The translations under genes were made by a program, and so were the position numbers. A model generated the notes under the pieces. That model saw nothing but the letters and a program-made list of their open reading frames with translations, was not told the DNA's origin and ran no database searches. Shown one piece after another: positions 1-14,516 of a stretch of DNA of 64,000 nt. How positions within the stretch are numbered: the first letter of the stretch is position 1; the number at the start of each line of letters is the position of its first letter. The DNA is taken from the NCBI GenBank assembly GCA_964016885.1, contig OZ024742.1:365490001-365554000 (forward strand), read 5' to 3'. Origin of the DNA: Eledone cirrhosa (taxonomy: Eukaryota).

Positions 1-370
1 ACAGATAAATCTACCACTCAATGGTTGGGTCTAAACCGTATAAAGAACTCAATGTAATACGTATGTAGAAGTTGTCGTGAAGCAAAGTTTAAAATACAAA
101 AATGTTATCAACGATATAATTCAATTGGATACAGAGTCAATATAGAAATATTAAAACAATGAAATTAAACACAAAACTGTTAATTCATAGTACAACTCAT
201 TATTTTACGTTCGTTTGTGTGGAGGGGGGGGTATGTCCCTGTATTTTCATTCAATTATTGATCTATGTAAAACATATTACAAAATATCATAGTATCACAG
301 TTTTATATATATGTATATATATATATGTATATATATATATATGTATATTTACACACACACACTCACATAA

Positions 371-402
<32 letters not shown>

Positions 403-536
403 TATTCAAAATATTAATAAATGAAGACATTCACATATTCAAAATATGTTTTATTATATATATTTCGATGGCACTGTGCTGTTTTTTCAGTACGTCCTCG
501 TCAGATAAAATAGGTATGCCATACATCAAACATGTA

Positions 537-598
537 TTTTATCTGACGAGGACGTACTGAAAAAACAGCACAATACCTTCGAAATTTATATAATAAAA
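537..598 (+). ncRNA. Type I hammerhead ribozyme motif (mirror copy on - at ~449-512)
   Basis: ttttat-CTGACGA(543-549)-stem II-GAAA(581-584)-tttatata-ataaaa. Stem I is ttttat/ataaaa. Lies in an inverted repeat at ~397-652. Confidence 0.7.
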
Positions 599-733
599 CA
601 TATATTTTGATTATGTGGATGTCTTCATTTATTAATATTTTGAATAATATTATTAACTCCAGAAATGTAGAGTGCTTTTAATCTATTGTAAAACTATATT
701 CATTGACTAATCAATGAACCATATTAATCTTTG

Positions 734-956
<223 letters not shown>

Positions 957-1051
957 AACCATTTGTATATATACAAATGGAAGTTTAGTAAAATCGAAGT
1001 TTTGGCTGTGGGGCCTAGCTAACGATATCCAGTCAGGAATGTGCAGCAAAG

Positions 1052-1621
1052 AACTCGATAAGGTTGTGTCACCTTAGAGTAATAACATACGTTAGATAGC
1101 TTCACTAATTGAAAACTGCGACAGGCAAGCCTAGCCATATGATACCAGAGCAACGACAAAACAAGTCAGGTCCGATAAACATATATATATATAAACGTTA
1201 GAATATGTGTAATAAGGCCAAGACAATCAGATATGGACATAGAAAAAAGAATGCAATAGTGAGAGTAAATGTCTCAGACCAGCGTCTTAAATTGGAAATT
1301 TAAGACGCTGGTCTGAGACTTTTACTTCCCTCCGAAGAAGAGATATTATCTCGAAAATTAAGGACATTTAAATAAATTCAAGGTGAAAGACGAATTCTCA
1401 TCAATATCTCTCACTATTGCATTCTTTTTTCTATGTCCATATCTGATTGTCTTGGCCTTATTACACATATTCTAACGTTTATATATATATATGTTTATCG
1501 GACCTGACTTGTTTTGTCGTTGCTCTGGTATCATATGGCTAGGCTTGCCTGTCGCAGTTTTCAATTAGTGAAGCTATCTAACGTATGTTATTACTCTAAG
1601 GCGACACAACCTTATCGAGTT
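1052..1621. repeat. Fold-back element with ~214-bp inverted arms; spacer holds a hairpin and a degenerate HHR
   Basis: 1052-1265 is the reverse complement of ~1408-1621. Inner hairpin gtctcagaccagcgtcttaa/ttaagacgctggtctgagac at 1271-1319. CCGAAGA-AGAGATattATCTC-GAAA at 1332-1356. Confidence 0.85.
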
Positions 1622-1852
1622 GTATATATATGTATATATGTATATATATATATATATGAAAACAGGCAGAAAAAGACGATTATTTGGAAGAAAAAATTTT
1701 TTTTTTCCTTTTTATTTATTTCTCCCTTTTTTCTGGGTTAGAAAATGATTAAAACGAAATATTTTACTTTGTGTGAAGTGTTAAGGTATTAGTTGATTTA
1801 TTTATTAATTAACAATGGCATTTATTTATTTATTTATATATTTAATAATTGT

Positions 1853-1892
1853 CTATTACCGGTTTCAGCATGTTTATGCATTATCAAATGAT
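1853..1892 (-). ncRNA. Type I HHR motif, U3-A8 core variant (degenerate second copy ~2790-2830)
   Basis: Minus strand reads at-TTGATAA-TGCATaaacATGCT-GAAA-CCGGTA-at. Confidence 0.6.
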
Positions 1893-2332
1893 AATATGTA
1901 TTGGTGTAGAATGGTGGTGTTGGACATGTTAAAGAAATGGTGCAGAAAGAATAATGTTATTTACAACCAATATGTATATATATATATATATACACAAAAG
2001 CAGCAGACGAACTAAACTGACCTGACTAATGATCCCCCAACACCAACACCACTACCAACACGAGGGAGGAGGTCAGCTGTACTTAACAAAAACAACCACA
2101 ACAGATTGCCTTGCCTCAGAAAAATGTCTATAGACGTTTGACTGAGGAATGTCTCACAACTGACCAATGGGAGGAGAGAGTGTCCTTTGACGCCTAAATT
2201 CGTTTGTTCGAATTCATATGATTCCAGTTCCACCAGAGAAATAACAACCCAACCAGGAACTGGGCATATCGGTATATTGACGGAGTTAAACACTTAAACA
2301 ACATGTGTACCTGTCTCTACCACACCCATTGG

Positions 2333-2387
2333 ACTGTCTGAAGAGGTCACAGCCAATGATGGTTGTCACCGAAATATATATAGCAGT
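2333..2387 (+). ncRNA. Type I hammerhead ribozyme
   Basis: actgt-CTGAAGA-GGTCACAGCCA atga TGGTTGTCACC-GAAA-TATATATA-gcagt. Stems I and II pair; stem III is palindromic. Confidence 0.85.
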
Positions 2388-2531
2388 ACATCTTTAATAA
2401 ACGAAGCAAAATTTTAAATATTTGACATAATTATTTTATTTTACGTTATTCCGGAGTAACCAAACCAACCTGCACACTTCGTCGAGTGCTCCAATCTGCA
2501 TAGTGAGGTATCGGTAAACAACCAACATATA

Positions 2532-2593
<62 letters not shown>

Positions 2594-2598
<5 letters not shown>

Positions 2599-3476
2599 AC
2601 AGGGAGAAAGAGATGATTATTAGGAAGAAAAATATATTTTTTTTCTTTTTTTGTTTCTCTCTCTTTTTTCTGGCTTAGAAAATGATTAAAACGAAATGTT
2701 TTACTTTATGTGAAGTGTTAAGGTATTAGTTGATTTATTTATTATTTAACAATAGCATTTATTTATCTATTTATATATTCAATAATTGTCTATTACCGGT
2801 TTTACCATTTTTATGCATTATCAAATGATAGTGAAATGTATTAGTGTGGTGTCGCACATGTTAAACAGAAGGTGCAGAAAGAATAATGTTATTTACAAAC
2901 AAGGTTTATGAAGTGAAAAGAAAAAAGAAAAAGGAAAAAAGTGTGCATAATGTAGAGCATAAAAAGTCAATGTGGAAGAAAAAATAATGTTATTTACAAG
3001 CATAGTTATTGAAGTTAAACAGATCAAAATGTGTTAATATAGCAAGAGTGTTTAGTTGATCCATGATTCCATGATAGAGGCAAATGGTGGACTGAGGTTT
3101 GATATGATTTCCCTTTTTAGAGAGTTAATATGCAGGGGGAAGCAATTCTTGCTGGATGATATTTAATTTATTTAAGAAAAAGGATTAGGTAGGGTGTGAG
3201 TGTGGTAACTCTTGTAAATGTTTGATTGTTTGTTGCAGTTTTAGATTGGTCAGATTTTTCGAGCATTAAGTAGAGGTTGGAATTTGTTAATGAAATATGT
3301 GTCCTTATTGGTACGTTGGATGAAAGTAGCGTTGTCTATGAATTTGTAAATGGAGAAAATTTTAAAGTTTGGATGTTGGTTTTAATCATTTTCTAATCCA
3401 GAAAAAAGAGAGAGAGAAACAAAAAAGAAAAAAATATATTTTTCTTCCTAATAATCGTCTCTTTCTCCCTATTTCA
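2594..3476 (-). mobile_element. 3' fragment of a Neptune-like PLE with an inverted terminal copy
   Basis: Minus strand ~3385-3250 translates NQHPNFKIFSIYKFIDNATFIQRTNKDTYFINKFQPLLNARKI*, resembling the GIY-YIG C-termini at 19845 and 36964. 3381-3476 inverts 2594-2690, and 1637-1970 repeats 2594-2900. Confidence 0.7.
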
Positions 3477-3533
3477 TATATATATATATATATATAAATA
3501 TATATATCCTAACTCGTGTGCTTCCTCTCCACA

Positions 3534-3573
<40 letters not shown>

Positions 3574-4322
3574 GAATGCCATGGTTGACGGAGGCTCGGC
3601 TCTGTAAGGTATTGTAAATTTTGACCGCTATAACAATTGTAAATTGTTTAAAACTTTAACCAACTTGTAGACAAAAACACCCTCCTCCTCGTGAGAGGGG
3701 TCTTTCTGCCCGTTATTTGGCCCTTCGGTGTTAAATAACCGCTTATTGGGGTTTTGTTCCCAATATTTATTTTAAACAAAAAAAACATGGCTACGAAAAA
3801 GAATTTTCATAGGTCACTCCCACTCATTCCGTCTTCTTCCTCAATCGTCACTACAGCAGAGAGAAGATTGTCTCTCTCCCTCCCTTCTCAAAATGTCTCT
3901 CTCTCCCTCCCTTCTCTTTCGCAAGCGACGCCAGTAAACAAAAATCACGAGCAAAGCTTGGAAAATTTCTCCACGACGACGACAACGACGAAAAAGGTGT
4001 GCGGTAAATACTAAAACCCATTTCATTCGTCTGACGTCATGAATAATAGCAGTAGCAGCCGTAATACAGCAGCAGCAGCAACAGTGACAAGGAAAACAAC
4101 AGTAGCAGCCGAAATAGCATCAGCAGCAGCATAAACAACAATAGCATTAGCAGTAGTCGTAGTACCTGCAGCAACAACAAAAGTAACAGCAGCTCTGACG
4201 ACAACAACAACAACAACAACAACAACAACAGCAGCAAAGAAAAACCAATCTCGTTTGCAGGTATCGCAAAGAACCTGGAAACCATCCTCATAACAAATGT
4301 GTAATTACAGGAAGCGAAGAAG

Positions 4323-5820
4323 ATGGTGACGAAAACCGGACACCGAGCAATCTGCAAGGCAGCCGAAACAATTTTCGAAACCCAACAGCACTGTACGGTC
4401 ACGTACAGTACAGTAAGCACAAAATCCCGTAGGGTTGAAAGAGCCACAGAGGCTCAAATACAAAAAGCCTTAGGGTCTGTGTGGCAGCGGAAAACGCATA
4501 TCACCCGAGGCAAGAAATATGCCACCGTAGACGTGCTTTTTGCCACACCCCAGGAGGGAAAGGCTCAATCCTTAGAGACCCTAAGGAGCGAGGAAATGGT
4601 GTTGGTGCCCTCCTACTGCGGGCAAAAAATTGTGAGGGTCAAACTGACCCAAGTCCCCCCCCCCCCCCCCTCCCCGGGATGGCCTCTTCTTGGCTGGCCG
4701 CGTCTGTCCTCGTCGGAATCGAGGACAAAACAACTGTACTGCAAGTACAGAAAAGAGTAAGAGAAGATTGGGTCGGCACCTCCATTGAGATGTTAATCCA
4801 AACCAACCAGGAGTGCATCGAAGCTATCCCGGATGTGATAGACTTCGATAACGGCACTCAACTTCCCATAAGTGTTGAGGGCAAACGCCCGAAATGCTTT
4901 CGCTGTGGATCGAAGACTCACCTCAGTGCCTTCTGCAACGAGAAGACCCTGAGAAAGGAGAAAACCCCCTCCTTCCGATACCGGCTCCACTGCTACCAGC
5001 AACAGGACAGACGGCAACCAGGAACGATAGGTCCGTGGCACTCATACCCACGCCACGGAAATGAAGAACAGTAGCAGCAGTGGAAGTATTAACAACAACA
5101 ACAACAGTAATACCAACTGCAGCTCCAACAGAGACTCCACTGCAAACATCAGCAACAACAACAAGTGAAAGAGTAGAGCTGGTACCCCTCCCCGACCTCA
5201 CAGAATCAGACATGGAGTGTGAGGTGGGAGAGGGATGGCAAAAGGTCGCAAGAAAGCACAAACGCAGAAGCAGCGCATCGTCGCCTTCGAAAAGGGAGGA
5301 AAGAAATGAAAAAAGGGTAAAGAGACTCACAGCAGCAACACCACCAACACCATCACCACCCAAACTAGCACCACCATCACCACCGGCGACAACCCCACCG
5401 CCAACAACAACAACACCTTCAACACCACCACAAGCACCAACGTCGCAAACACAACAAAAAAACACACACACCCAGCATCAACAAGAAAATAGCAGAACCA
5501 CAAACCACCCCCAGAAAAACAAATGCACGGCAATAAATACACACAACAAGAAACTAATGACTTACATAATTGAACACACAGACATTTCACAGCACGACTA
5601 CATAATACCAGCACCAATCAAAACGCCAACTAACATAAGACTTCTAAAAATAGCACAGAAACAATACACAAACATTAAAACGAAATTCCCCAATGCAGTT
5701 GGTGATTTCAGAGACCTAGGAGGGACTCTCAACCGAAGAGTATATTCGGACATACTCATAGAAGAGCCGACGACCAGCGAAGGGGCGATTCAACGGTCCC
5801 TTCACCAGACGATCAAGTGA
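4323..5820 (+). pseudogene. Tx1 ORF1 (gag-like, CCHC knuckle), frameshifted
   Basis: ORF pieces 4323-4760, 4481-5074 (CFRCGSKTHLSAFC) and 5080-5820 (Pro/Thr-rich). One shift sits at the poly-C run 4655-4675. Confidence 0.8.
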
Positions 5821-5899
5821 AAAGGGATGGAGAAACCATCGTTCCTCTACAAAAAGTACGGTAAGTGGTCTTTCCCATCTTTTCCACTCCATTTTAAAC

Positions 5900-8800
5900 A
5901 TGACCTCACTCAGAATAGGCAGCATAAATGCGCGTGGCTTGGGGTCGTCATGGAAGCAGGGCCACCTGCTCAACGACCTCAGGTCACTAAACATAGATGT
6001 AGTGGCCATTAGCGAGACCAGAATCTCCGAAGCACGGGCCTTCGCACCGATCTTCGGCGGCTACGATGTGTACGCATCTCCCAGCCGTCCTGGATCGGGG
6101 GGATGAGTTGCTGTGCTTTTTCGGAGAGGTTTGGATCTCGCCATACGGGCCATCTTCCTGGACCCAGAGGGTAAGTTGGTGGTGCTGGACGTGACCAGCG
6201 GAGACGGGCAAGCTTTCAGGAGCGGCCTGATTTCTTCCGGCGTCTGGAGAGCTTTCTTGGAACATCCCGCTCTTTAGTGTTAGTGGGCGACTGGAACGGG
6301 ATCTTAGATGCACGCTGGGACTGTGTGGGATTAGCGGATAAGGATGGAGGGTGCAAGAGCCTCACCAACCTGCTCATGCGTTTTGAACTGTCTGACAGGT
6401 ACCGATTGGATTTCCCGAATGTGCCAATGTGGACTTGGACAAATCGCATAGCATCATCCAGATCATATCTAGATAGAGTATTTTGTAGGGAAATAGATAG
6501 GTCTAGCATAAGCTGTCCACAATTCAAGATAGTCAGCTACACGGACCACAAATTCGTGAACTGTGTGCTTGACTTAGATAGGCTTCATAGACGAGGACCG
6601 GGCTACTGGAAGCTAAACGCGTCCTTACCAGCGCGCAAGGCCTACAGAGACCGGATTAGCGAACTAGTTAAGCGGGCGTTGACGGGGGCCATCGTAAACA
6701 ACAAGTGGTGGTTTGCTCTGAAAAGAGCGATTAGAATAGAATCCATTAGGTTTAGTAAGGCTTTAGCAATATAGAAAAATAGAGCAGAGGGAGAACTAGT
6801 TAGAAAATTAGACGAGGCGCTTAGCAAAGGCATCGTGACCGACGTGCTTGCGGCGAAATTGGCCCTTGACCAATTCTTCAATGCAAAGCACGAAGGCTGC
6901 GTTGTCAGAGCTAGGGTGCGTGCTCTCAGACACGAGGGGACGAAAGCCGTTCAATGGGCCCGAGTGGCGGAGGCGCGTCGTGGCAACAAAGCCACGATCC
7001 GGTCTTTGGTGGACCACGACGGGCGCATGCTACTCGATCCCGGGCAAATGTGTGAAGCTTTTCAGCGACACTTCGCTCAGCTGTTCGGGGGCAGCGGTGG
7101 GCCGGGTCGAGGGATGGACTTTAGTGTCTACCTCGACGGACTGCCGCGGCTCTCGGCCACTTAGGCGGCGTGTTTCGAAAAGCCGATAACAGCAGCTGCA
7201 GTACGGGAGGCAATGACTGGCTGCACAAGGCGTAAATCGCCTGGTTTGGATGGTCTGCCCTATGAACTTTACGTACAGATGCCAGACTTGTTCGGAGGCC
7301 TCTTGGCGGATGTCTACTGCAGCTGGCAACAGAACGGGAGAATTCCCAGCTCTGTGAGCCGAGGAGCGGTGTCACTGCTGAGAAAGGATCAGAACAAGGG
7401 GGATAACATAGATAATTTCAGGCCCATAACTCTGCTAAACACAGAGTTCAAGATTTTGGCCAAGGTGCTAGCAAAGAGTTGGCGCTTGTTGTTGGTGGTC
7501 TGGTGGGAGAGGTGCAGTAATGCGCCATTCCCGACAGATCCATCCACGACAACCTCCACCTCATGCGATACATCGTAGAAAGGGTAGCTAGGGAACCTGG
7601 GACGGGTGGGTCCTTGATCAATTTAGATCAGTCGAAAACTTTCGATAGGGTCGACCATCGTTACCTAGCGGCAGTCCTGAGGGCGGCTGGCTTTGGGCCC
7701 GTCTTCAGAGGCTGGATCGCTGCCATGCACAGTGACATCTGCTCTGTGGTGAGAGTGAACGGTCACCTTTCGGAACCGTTCAACATCATGCGCTCGGTCC
7801 GCCAAGGATGTCCCCTCTCGTCCCTCTTGTACGTATTGACTCTCGAGCCATTACTGCACAAACTGGAGACGTTGAGGGGCGTCCCGCGCGAACTAGGATG
7901 CGGAAGATCCGTGTCACCATATCCGGACGATGTCACCGTAGTGGTGTCGAACGCCAAACACATCGAGGCGATCGGCACTACACTAAGAGAATACGAAGCG
8001 GTGACAGGAGCAATGATCAACCAGGAAAAGTCAGTGGGCCTGCAGCTCGGCACCTGGAGAGGCAGGTCCATGCCGTCCAACAGCGTCGTCGGACGCAGGA
8101 CGGACGGACCGGTTAAATTGCTAGGGGTCTGGTTCGGTCCGGACCTCCAGACGGTCAAAAACTGGGACGAGGTGACGAGCAGGGGGGCTTCTCTCACCCA
8201 GAAATGGGCGGAGAGGAAGCTATCCATGAAAGGTCGAGCGGAGGTGGCTAATGCGTACATCGCGTCTGTCATCTGCTACCGCCTGACCGTTGTACCTTGT
8301 CCTAAACCCCGCCTGACTGCGCTGGAGCGTTTGCACTTTCGTTTTTTGTGGAAGGGACGACTTCTGATGGTCAGGCGGTCCATCTGCTATCAACACCCGC
8401 TACGTGGAGGGCTGGGCATGCCGTGGCTGATGATGCGCAAACACGCGCTCAGGCTACGACATCTCCAACTCTTCCTCGACGGTGATCAGGTGTGGTCGCC
8501 GTTTGCTAGACACGTATTTCCCCAGCTCGTTTCCTTGACGGAGCTGCAGTCCTGGGTCAAGCGAAGACCGAGAGGGAGCGCTTGGAGACTGGAATGTCTT
8601 CAGGCGCTCACAGCCCTCGACCAATCGGGCAATGTGATCAGTGGAAACTCCACCTTGGCGTTCTATAGAGGATTAGTGGAGGGGAAGAGCGACGACGTAC
8701 TTGGGGAAACTCTAGGCGTCGACGAAAATCAACTAGCCAATCTCTTCGGAAGAACTTTCAGGCCGGGACCTATGGACAACTTCAAGAAATCTCTGGCCTG

Positions 8801-9287
8801 GCAGTGCTACCGAGGAGCCTTGCCAGTTCGGGATAAACTCTACAGGCACGGAGGTGCCGTCAGCCGGGCATGTCCGAGATGCGCGCAGGGCGACGAAACC
8901 GTCCTGCAAGCACTCGTCCAGCGTCCGAAAATTGCTGACTTGTGGGTTTATGTCGAACACCTGCTGTCGCGTTTAGGACGGATCCGGCTATCATCTGAGT
9001 CCATCGTGAGGATTGCGCCGCCCTCCTCCTTTAGCCGGGAAGGGCAGGCAGTTTTTATCTGTCTGGTGGCCATGGCGAAAGAGATAGTATGGTAGACACG
9101 TTTGAAAGGGCTGAAGACGAGCACTTACCTCTTCGGTGATGCCCTGATTGACTTTTTCAAATTTCATTTGAAAAGGAAAATCAGAGTAGAGAGGGAAGTG
9201 CTCTCTTCCCAGCATTTTGTTGAAAGATGGGTGAGAGAAGCAAGAATGGCCCGAGTGAATGGGCCTACTCTGAGTACGTATCTGTAA
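5900..9287 (+). pseudogene. Tx1 ORF2: apurinic endonuclease + reverse transcriptase + C-terminal Zn motif, disrupted
   Basis: IGSINARGL, ISET, GDWN, YLDR, TDH, YWKLN; KSPGLDGLP, FRPITLLNTEFKILAK, DQSKTFDRVDH, SVRQGCPLS, YPDD; CPRC. Several stops and frameshifts. Confidence 0.93.
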
Positions 9288-9541
9288 ATTAAAGGTGGAA
9301 AACTGGGAGAAGGCACTTGCCTTGGTGGTCAGGGTCACTGTGGCCTTTTACTAGGCTTTCTCCACAAATGTCCCTCCGAAGTCTCCCCCCTATTGGGGAA
9401 TTTTTCATTGTTATTATTTTGTTACATCCTCTGTTTTTGTTTTTTACACGCAGAAATGCCCATTTGTACCGTCCTGTATTGTCCTGCACTGTCCTTAATG
9501 TCTACTTTATGTAAACCCTTGTGGTTAATAAAGAAATCATT

Positions 9542-9572
<31 letters not shown>

Positions 9573-9575
9573 TTG

Positions 9576-12500
9576 TTATCACTCTTTGAGTCTCAGTCAT
9601 TGATGTTAGTTAACTGGAAAGTTTGTTGAAATGAATATCAAGCCACTACCTGCAGCCTCAGTTATTCAGGACGTATCGGAGGGTTCTTGCTGTTCCCAGC
9701 AAGCATGCTTTTTGAAGCGTTCCAAAAAGCGTGAAGGGGCCAATTTTCTTTAACCATCCCTGGAAACCTTTTGAGATAGTCCCTAGTGCGCCTATGACAA
9801 TCGGGATCACTTTGACTTCATGGCAGTTCCAAATCCTTTTTACCTCCCACTTTAAGTCCTGGTATCGGTTAATTTTCTCCCTCTCCTCATCTTGCACTCT
9901 CGTGTCGAATGGGCAGGCCACATCCACAATCAGGCACGATCTTTTTTCTTTGTCCACAACCACAAGGTCAGGTCTATTGTGTTCAAGTTTCTTGTCCGTC
10001 TGTATCCTAAAATCCCACAGCACCTTCACCTGATCGTTTTCTATCACCGACTCTGGCTTATGCTCATACCACTTCTCAGAATGTGGTAAATTGTTTACTT
10101 TGCATAGGTGCCAGTGGATCACCCTGCCCATCACATCATGTCTCCAGCCCTTATAGTGAGTCTGGGCTAGGTGTTTACACTCGGATACAATGTGAGCCAC
10201 AGTCTCCTCTCTCTCTCCACAGATCCTGCACAGTGGGCTAGCCCCCTCCTTGTAAATATGGTGTTTCAACCACTTCGTTTTGAGGGCCTGTTCCTGCGCA
10301 GCCATTAACATTCCTTCTGTAGCCTTTTTAAGGTCTCCTCTTTTCAACCAGTTCCATGTCTGTGGATCTCTAAATTCAGTTTTCTCAAAGAAGGTACTAT
10401 GAAGGGATTTTTCCTGACGGCTGCTCTTTCTCCTTGATGTTATTTCCTCCTTGGACATCCCCTGGCCTATTGTCCCCTCCTTCAGTACAGTTCTGAGCAT
10501 TGGTTCCTTACTATCAGTCACGTATTTGTGTAGGTTGTTTTCTCCATCTGAACACAGTCCTCTATGCTGATAAGACCTCTTCCACCTTCAGATCTCCTTA
10601 AGTAGAGTCTATTGACATCACTCCTCTTGTGGAACATGTTGTAGATAGTTAATAGCTTCCTAGTCTTCCTATCCATTTCTTTTTGTTCAGCAACATTCCA
10701 TCTCAGAATTCCCGCACTGTACCTAATAATAGTCACAGCTCGGGAATTTACTGCACTTATGGCATTCCAACTGTTCAGATGTGACTTTAATACGCCCCTT
10801 ACTCTCCGAATGTATTCAGTTCTTATCAATTCCTTAATTTTTTTGTCCTTGATGTCATCAGCCTCCAGAACGCCCAAATACTTGTATCCTTCTTCAGAGT
10901 CAATTTCCTTTATCATCTCACCTGTTGGTACCTGGATTCCGTTACTTCTGCTCAACTTACCCCTCTTCATCACAATGACTCCACACTTACTAATACCAAA
11001 TTGCATACATATATCATTGCTAAAAATACGGACAGTGTCAACAAGCACATCCAACTCCATCTCACTCTTTCCGAAGAGCTTAAGATCGTCCATGAAGAGG
11101 AGGTGATTGATGGTAAGCCCTCCCTTTCCCAACTTGTATCCTGCTCTCACTTTTCGCAGTACACTGGTCAGGGGCATCAGGGCAAGGACAAACAACAGAG
11201 GGGACAGACTATCACCCTGGAAGATACCTCTCTTGATCTTCACGCTTCCCAAGGATTCTCCAGTTGATGTTAACTCTGTTTCCCAGGACTTCATACTTTT
11301 GCCCAACAACTGTCTGATGTTATCTGCCACCTTGAAGATCTCCAGGCTTTTGGTAATCCAAGAATGAGGCACCATATCAAATGCCTTTTTGTAGTCTATC
11401 CATCCCATGGCAAGACCAGTGTGTCTCCTCTTGCAATTCCTCATTACCATCTTATCAATAAGTAACTGGTCCTTTGTATCACGTGACTTCTTTCGGCATC
11501 CTTTCTATTCGTCCGGTAACAAGTTGTTTGTGTGGAGGTGATGGTAGATTTCCTCAGACATAATGCTTGTCAACAGTTTCCACATTACGGACAGACATGT
11601 GATAGGTCTATAGTTGGTAACATCATTACCCTTGATTCGGTCTTTCATTATCAGAACTGTGGTATCTTTTGTCAACCACTCTGGTACCTCACCTGACATC
11701 AAGCAGTCATTGAACATGGTTGTCAGTTTCGGGTGGAGGGATGTTATATTTTTAATCCAATACCCCTGCACACCATCTGGGCCTGGTGATTTCCAGTTGG
11801 TTAGCTTTTTGGCCTGCCTCTTAAGAGTTTCAACAGTGATACTCAAATCAGTTTGTTGGTGTGCCTGTTCACTAATCTCCTTCTGTACTGTCTCAATCCA
11901 CACTGCCTGGTCATTATGTTTAACATCCTGCTCCCATATTCCTCTACAGAATGTTTTAGTTTGTTCCGCCTCAGGGATCAAGTCGTTGCCTCTTTCTTTC
12001 CCTTCAAGCTGTCCAAACAGCATCTTCTGGTTGTTGTCGAACATGCGGTTCTGTCTATACTGACTGACTCTGTTCTCGTATCGCCTGATTTTTGCACTCT
12101 TTGCTACAATGCGTTGCTTCAGTTCCTCTATGATAATATTTACCTTTTTCCTCCTAGTTTTGTACTTTATTTCCAGTCTATTTTTAGTGTCTATGTTTTT
12201 TAGTGTCCCATTCAGTAGGGACTCAAGCTTTCAGATGTCATTTCTCATTTCCCTGATTTGACCACTCAGTCGTTTCTTCCACCAAGGCTCTGCTCTTTCT
12301 TGTCTGTTGTTTCCTCTCGCTTTTATACCAAGTAGTTTCCTCACCGTATTTGCTGTTGCTTTGAGGATATTGTTGCACTGGTGAAGGCTCCTCGCCTCAA
12401 GGTATGGGATGACTTTGTTTACCTTAGCTGTTGTTTCTTTTAACTTTTTCCTGTCTACAAATCTTAGGTTCATAGGTCTCCCACTATCATTGTTTAATTC

Positions 12501-13200
12501 ATCTACCACTAAGTTTAGGATATCAACCAAATATTGTCGTAGCCCGTCAGCATTCATCACCTCAGTGGCCGTATCTCTGTTCCAGGTATTATTTATCTCA
12601 GCATTCAGATCATTGTCTGCTTCGGGTGGTTCCTCCGTTCTCTCGACCTCTTCACCTTCATTTCCCACTGGCTCGTTTGCCTGGCATACTCCACCCTCCA
12701 TCTCCAAGCTAATCTCTCTGCTCAGTTCCTCCAGTTCCAGCTCGCTTATCCACCCATTAGTTCTTATTACCCGAGCCTGCCCGGCCAATTTTTGTTCATC
12801 TAATTTAAATAGACCAATCTCGTTCCAGATGTTATGCATCCGTTTCCTATAGCCTTTCTCCTTGGGATCACTCTTCAGGTAACATTGCATAACAGTTCTA
12901 TTCAATTCTTTCGTCCAGTTGGTTCTGTTCCCTTTCCTTCTTCTTCTTCCTCCAACACCAGCAGTATTTGGTTGACAGCCAGGTCGCTGCTGCTGAGCCA
13001 GGGAGCACCTGTTGGGTGAGAGTCTGTCACATGACATTCTAGTCTCCATTTCACCGTTATTCGAACTGTTTAGGTTCGACATTTAAACACTCTTATCGAG
13101 GATTGGCGAATGTATGGTTACATAACCACCGGTAAATTCATCGCCTCCGGTCGTTTTGTCACTCCACGTGATTTTTGTGTGGCATTATCACGCTGTAGAC
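9576..13200 (-). mobile_element. R4/Dong-type RLE non-LTR retrotransposon (degenerate; 5' end approximate)
   Basis: One long interrupted ORF 13082->9658. The 3' end runs directly into (TAA)n at 9540-9575, the known Dong/Rex6-type target. Confidence 0.88.
9658..13082 (-). pseudogene. RT + CCHC finger + restriction-like endonuclease polyprotein, broken into pieces
   Basis: [56 protein letters not shown]; CRICGEREETVAHIVSEC, RHD, RPDLVVVDK..IVDVACP..KINRY. Confidence 0.93.
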
Positions 13201-14516
13201 GAACATAAATAAACAAACAAATAAACAGGCCCCCCCCTCCCCCCCCCAAAAAAATGAATAGGCATAAGTTTCATTGTAATGTAGTGTTTGAATGTCTGAC
13301 TTAGTTTTTCCCTTCCCTTCTCTGTCCGTCTGTTTGTTTTAATCTTCATATTTCTTTTCTTTACGTTTTTCGTTGCTACTATGCTGCTTTGATTTTGATT
13401 TTTGTTTTTTTGATCTTGACCGGGTCATCAATTCAGTCTATTTATATATTTTGATGCCTTCCTCTTTTAGGGGGATTCTACAATGTAGCTGGGGGTAGCG
13501 GGAGAGAATAGCGGCGGTAGTGATAATGAGGCAGCGGTGGCGGGGGTGGTGGTGGTGCTGTGCTAGCAGCAACTAGCTGGAGGTAGTGGGAGAGATAGCG
13601 GCGGTAGCGATAATGAGGCTGTGGTGGTGGTGATATGATCGTAGTACTGTAGTGATGGTGTTGAAGTTGGATTAGAAATAGCGTTTGAGTCGACTTGACC
13701 AGAGTTTTCATCGTGGTAATGGTGGTGGTGTTGGTGGTGAAATTATCTTAGCTATTTAGTCATTTTGTAATTTTTCTCCTTTTCGACTCTAACATTCCTG
13801 ATCCCAAATTAAATATTAATCTTGTTTATTAATATTGTCTAGTGATACCGCCATCATCCCCTTTCGTAAGTTAACAGAAGGTAATGGGGGGATAGCGGTG
13901 GTAGCAATGAAGGAGTGGTGGCGGCGGTGATGGGATAGTGGTAGTAATGATGGATGGGCGGCGGCGGCGGTGACTGTAGTGATGGCGTTGTCGTTACTGA
14001 GTTTTGTTGAATAGACTGTATTTTGTTTGATCGGTGAATCTATGGGGTTAGTCGCGTATATGTGGTGACATATTTTTCTTAATATTGGAATTAAACATTT
14101 TGTTTAATAATAGCAATTATTATTGTTATGCTGAGATTGGTGGTGGTAGTGGTGAAATTGCCGTTATCTGGCTGTTGTGTTTAGTGTACACTGAGGGGTG
14201 ATGGGGTAGGTGGTGTATCTAGTTTCTGGTGTTGGTGAAATTGCTGTTGTTTAGCTGTTCTATATAGTGTAGACAGAGGGGGTTTTCTTCCATTTATAGC
14301 CATTTTCTTTTTTGAATATAAATTGTATAATACAAAAGTGAATATTTGAGCGATATAACAATATATTATGGATCCGAATTTTTTTGGGGCTTAAGCCGGA
14401 TTCTTTATGTATCATTTGTACTAAGAATTGTTATTTCACAATTGATTTAAATATGTTAAAAATCAAAACTTACGGGAGCGATTTCACGACCTCCTATCCA
14501 CCATGTGCGTCTTTTT

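Larger units (their letters stand above)
3574..9540 (+). mobile_element. Near full-length L1/Tx1-clade non-LTR retrotransposon (degenerate)
   Basis: Gag-like ORF1 with zinc knuckle and ORF2 with APE + RT. AATAAA at 9527 runs into (ATT)n; (ATT)n also flanks the 5' end. Confidence 0.92.
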
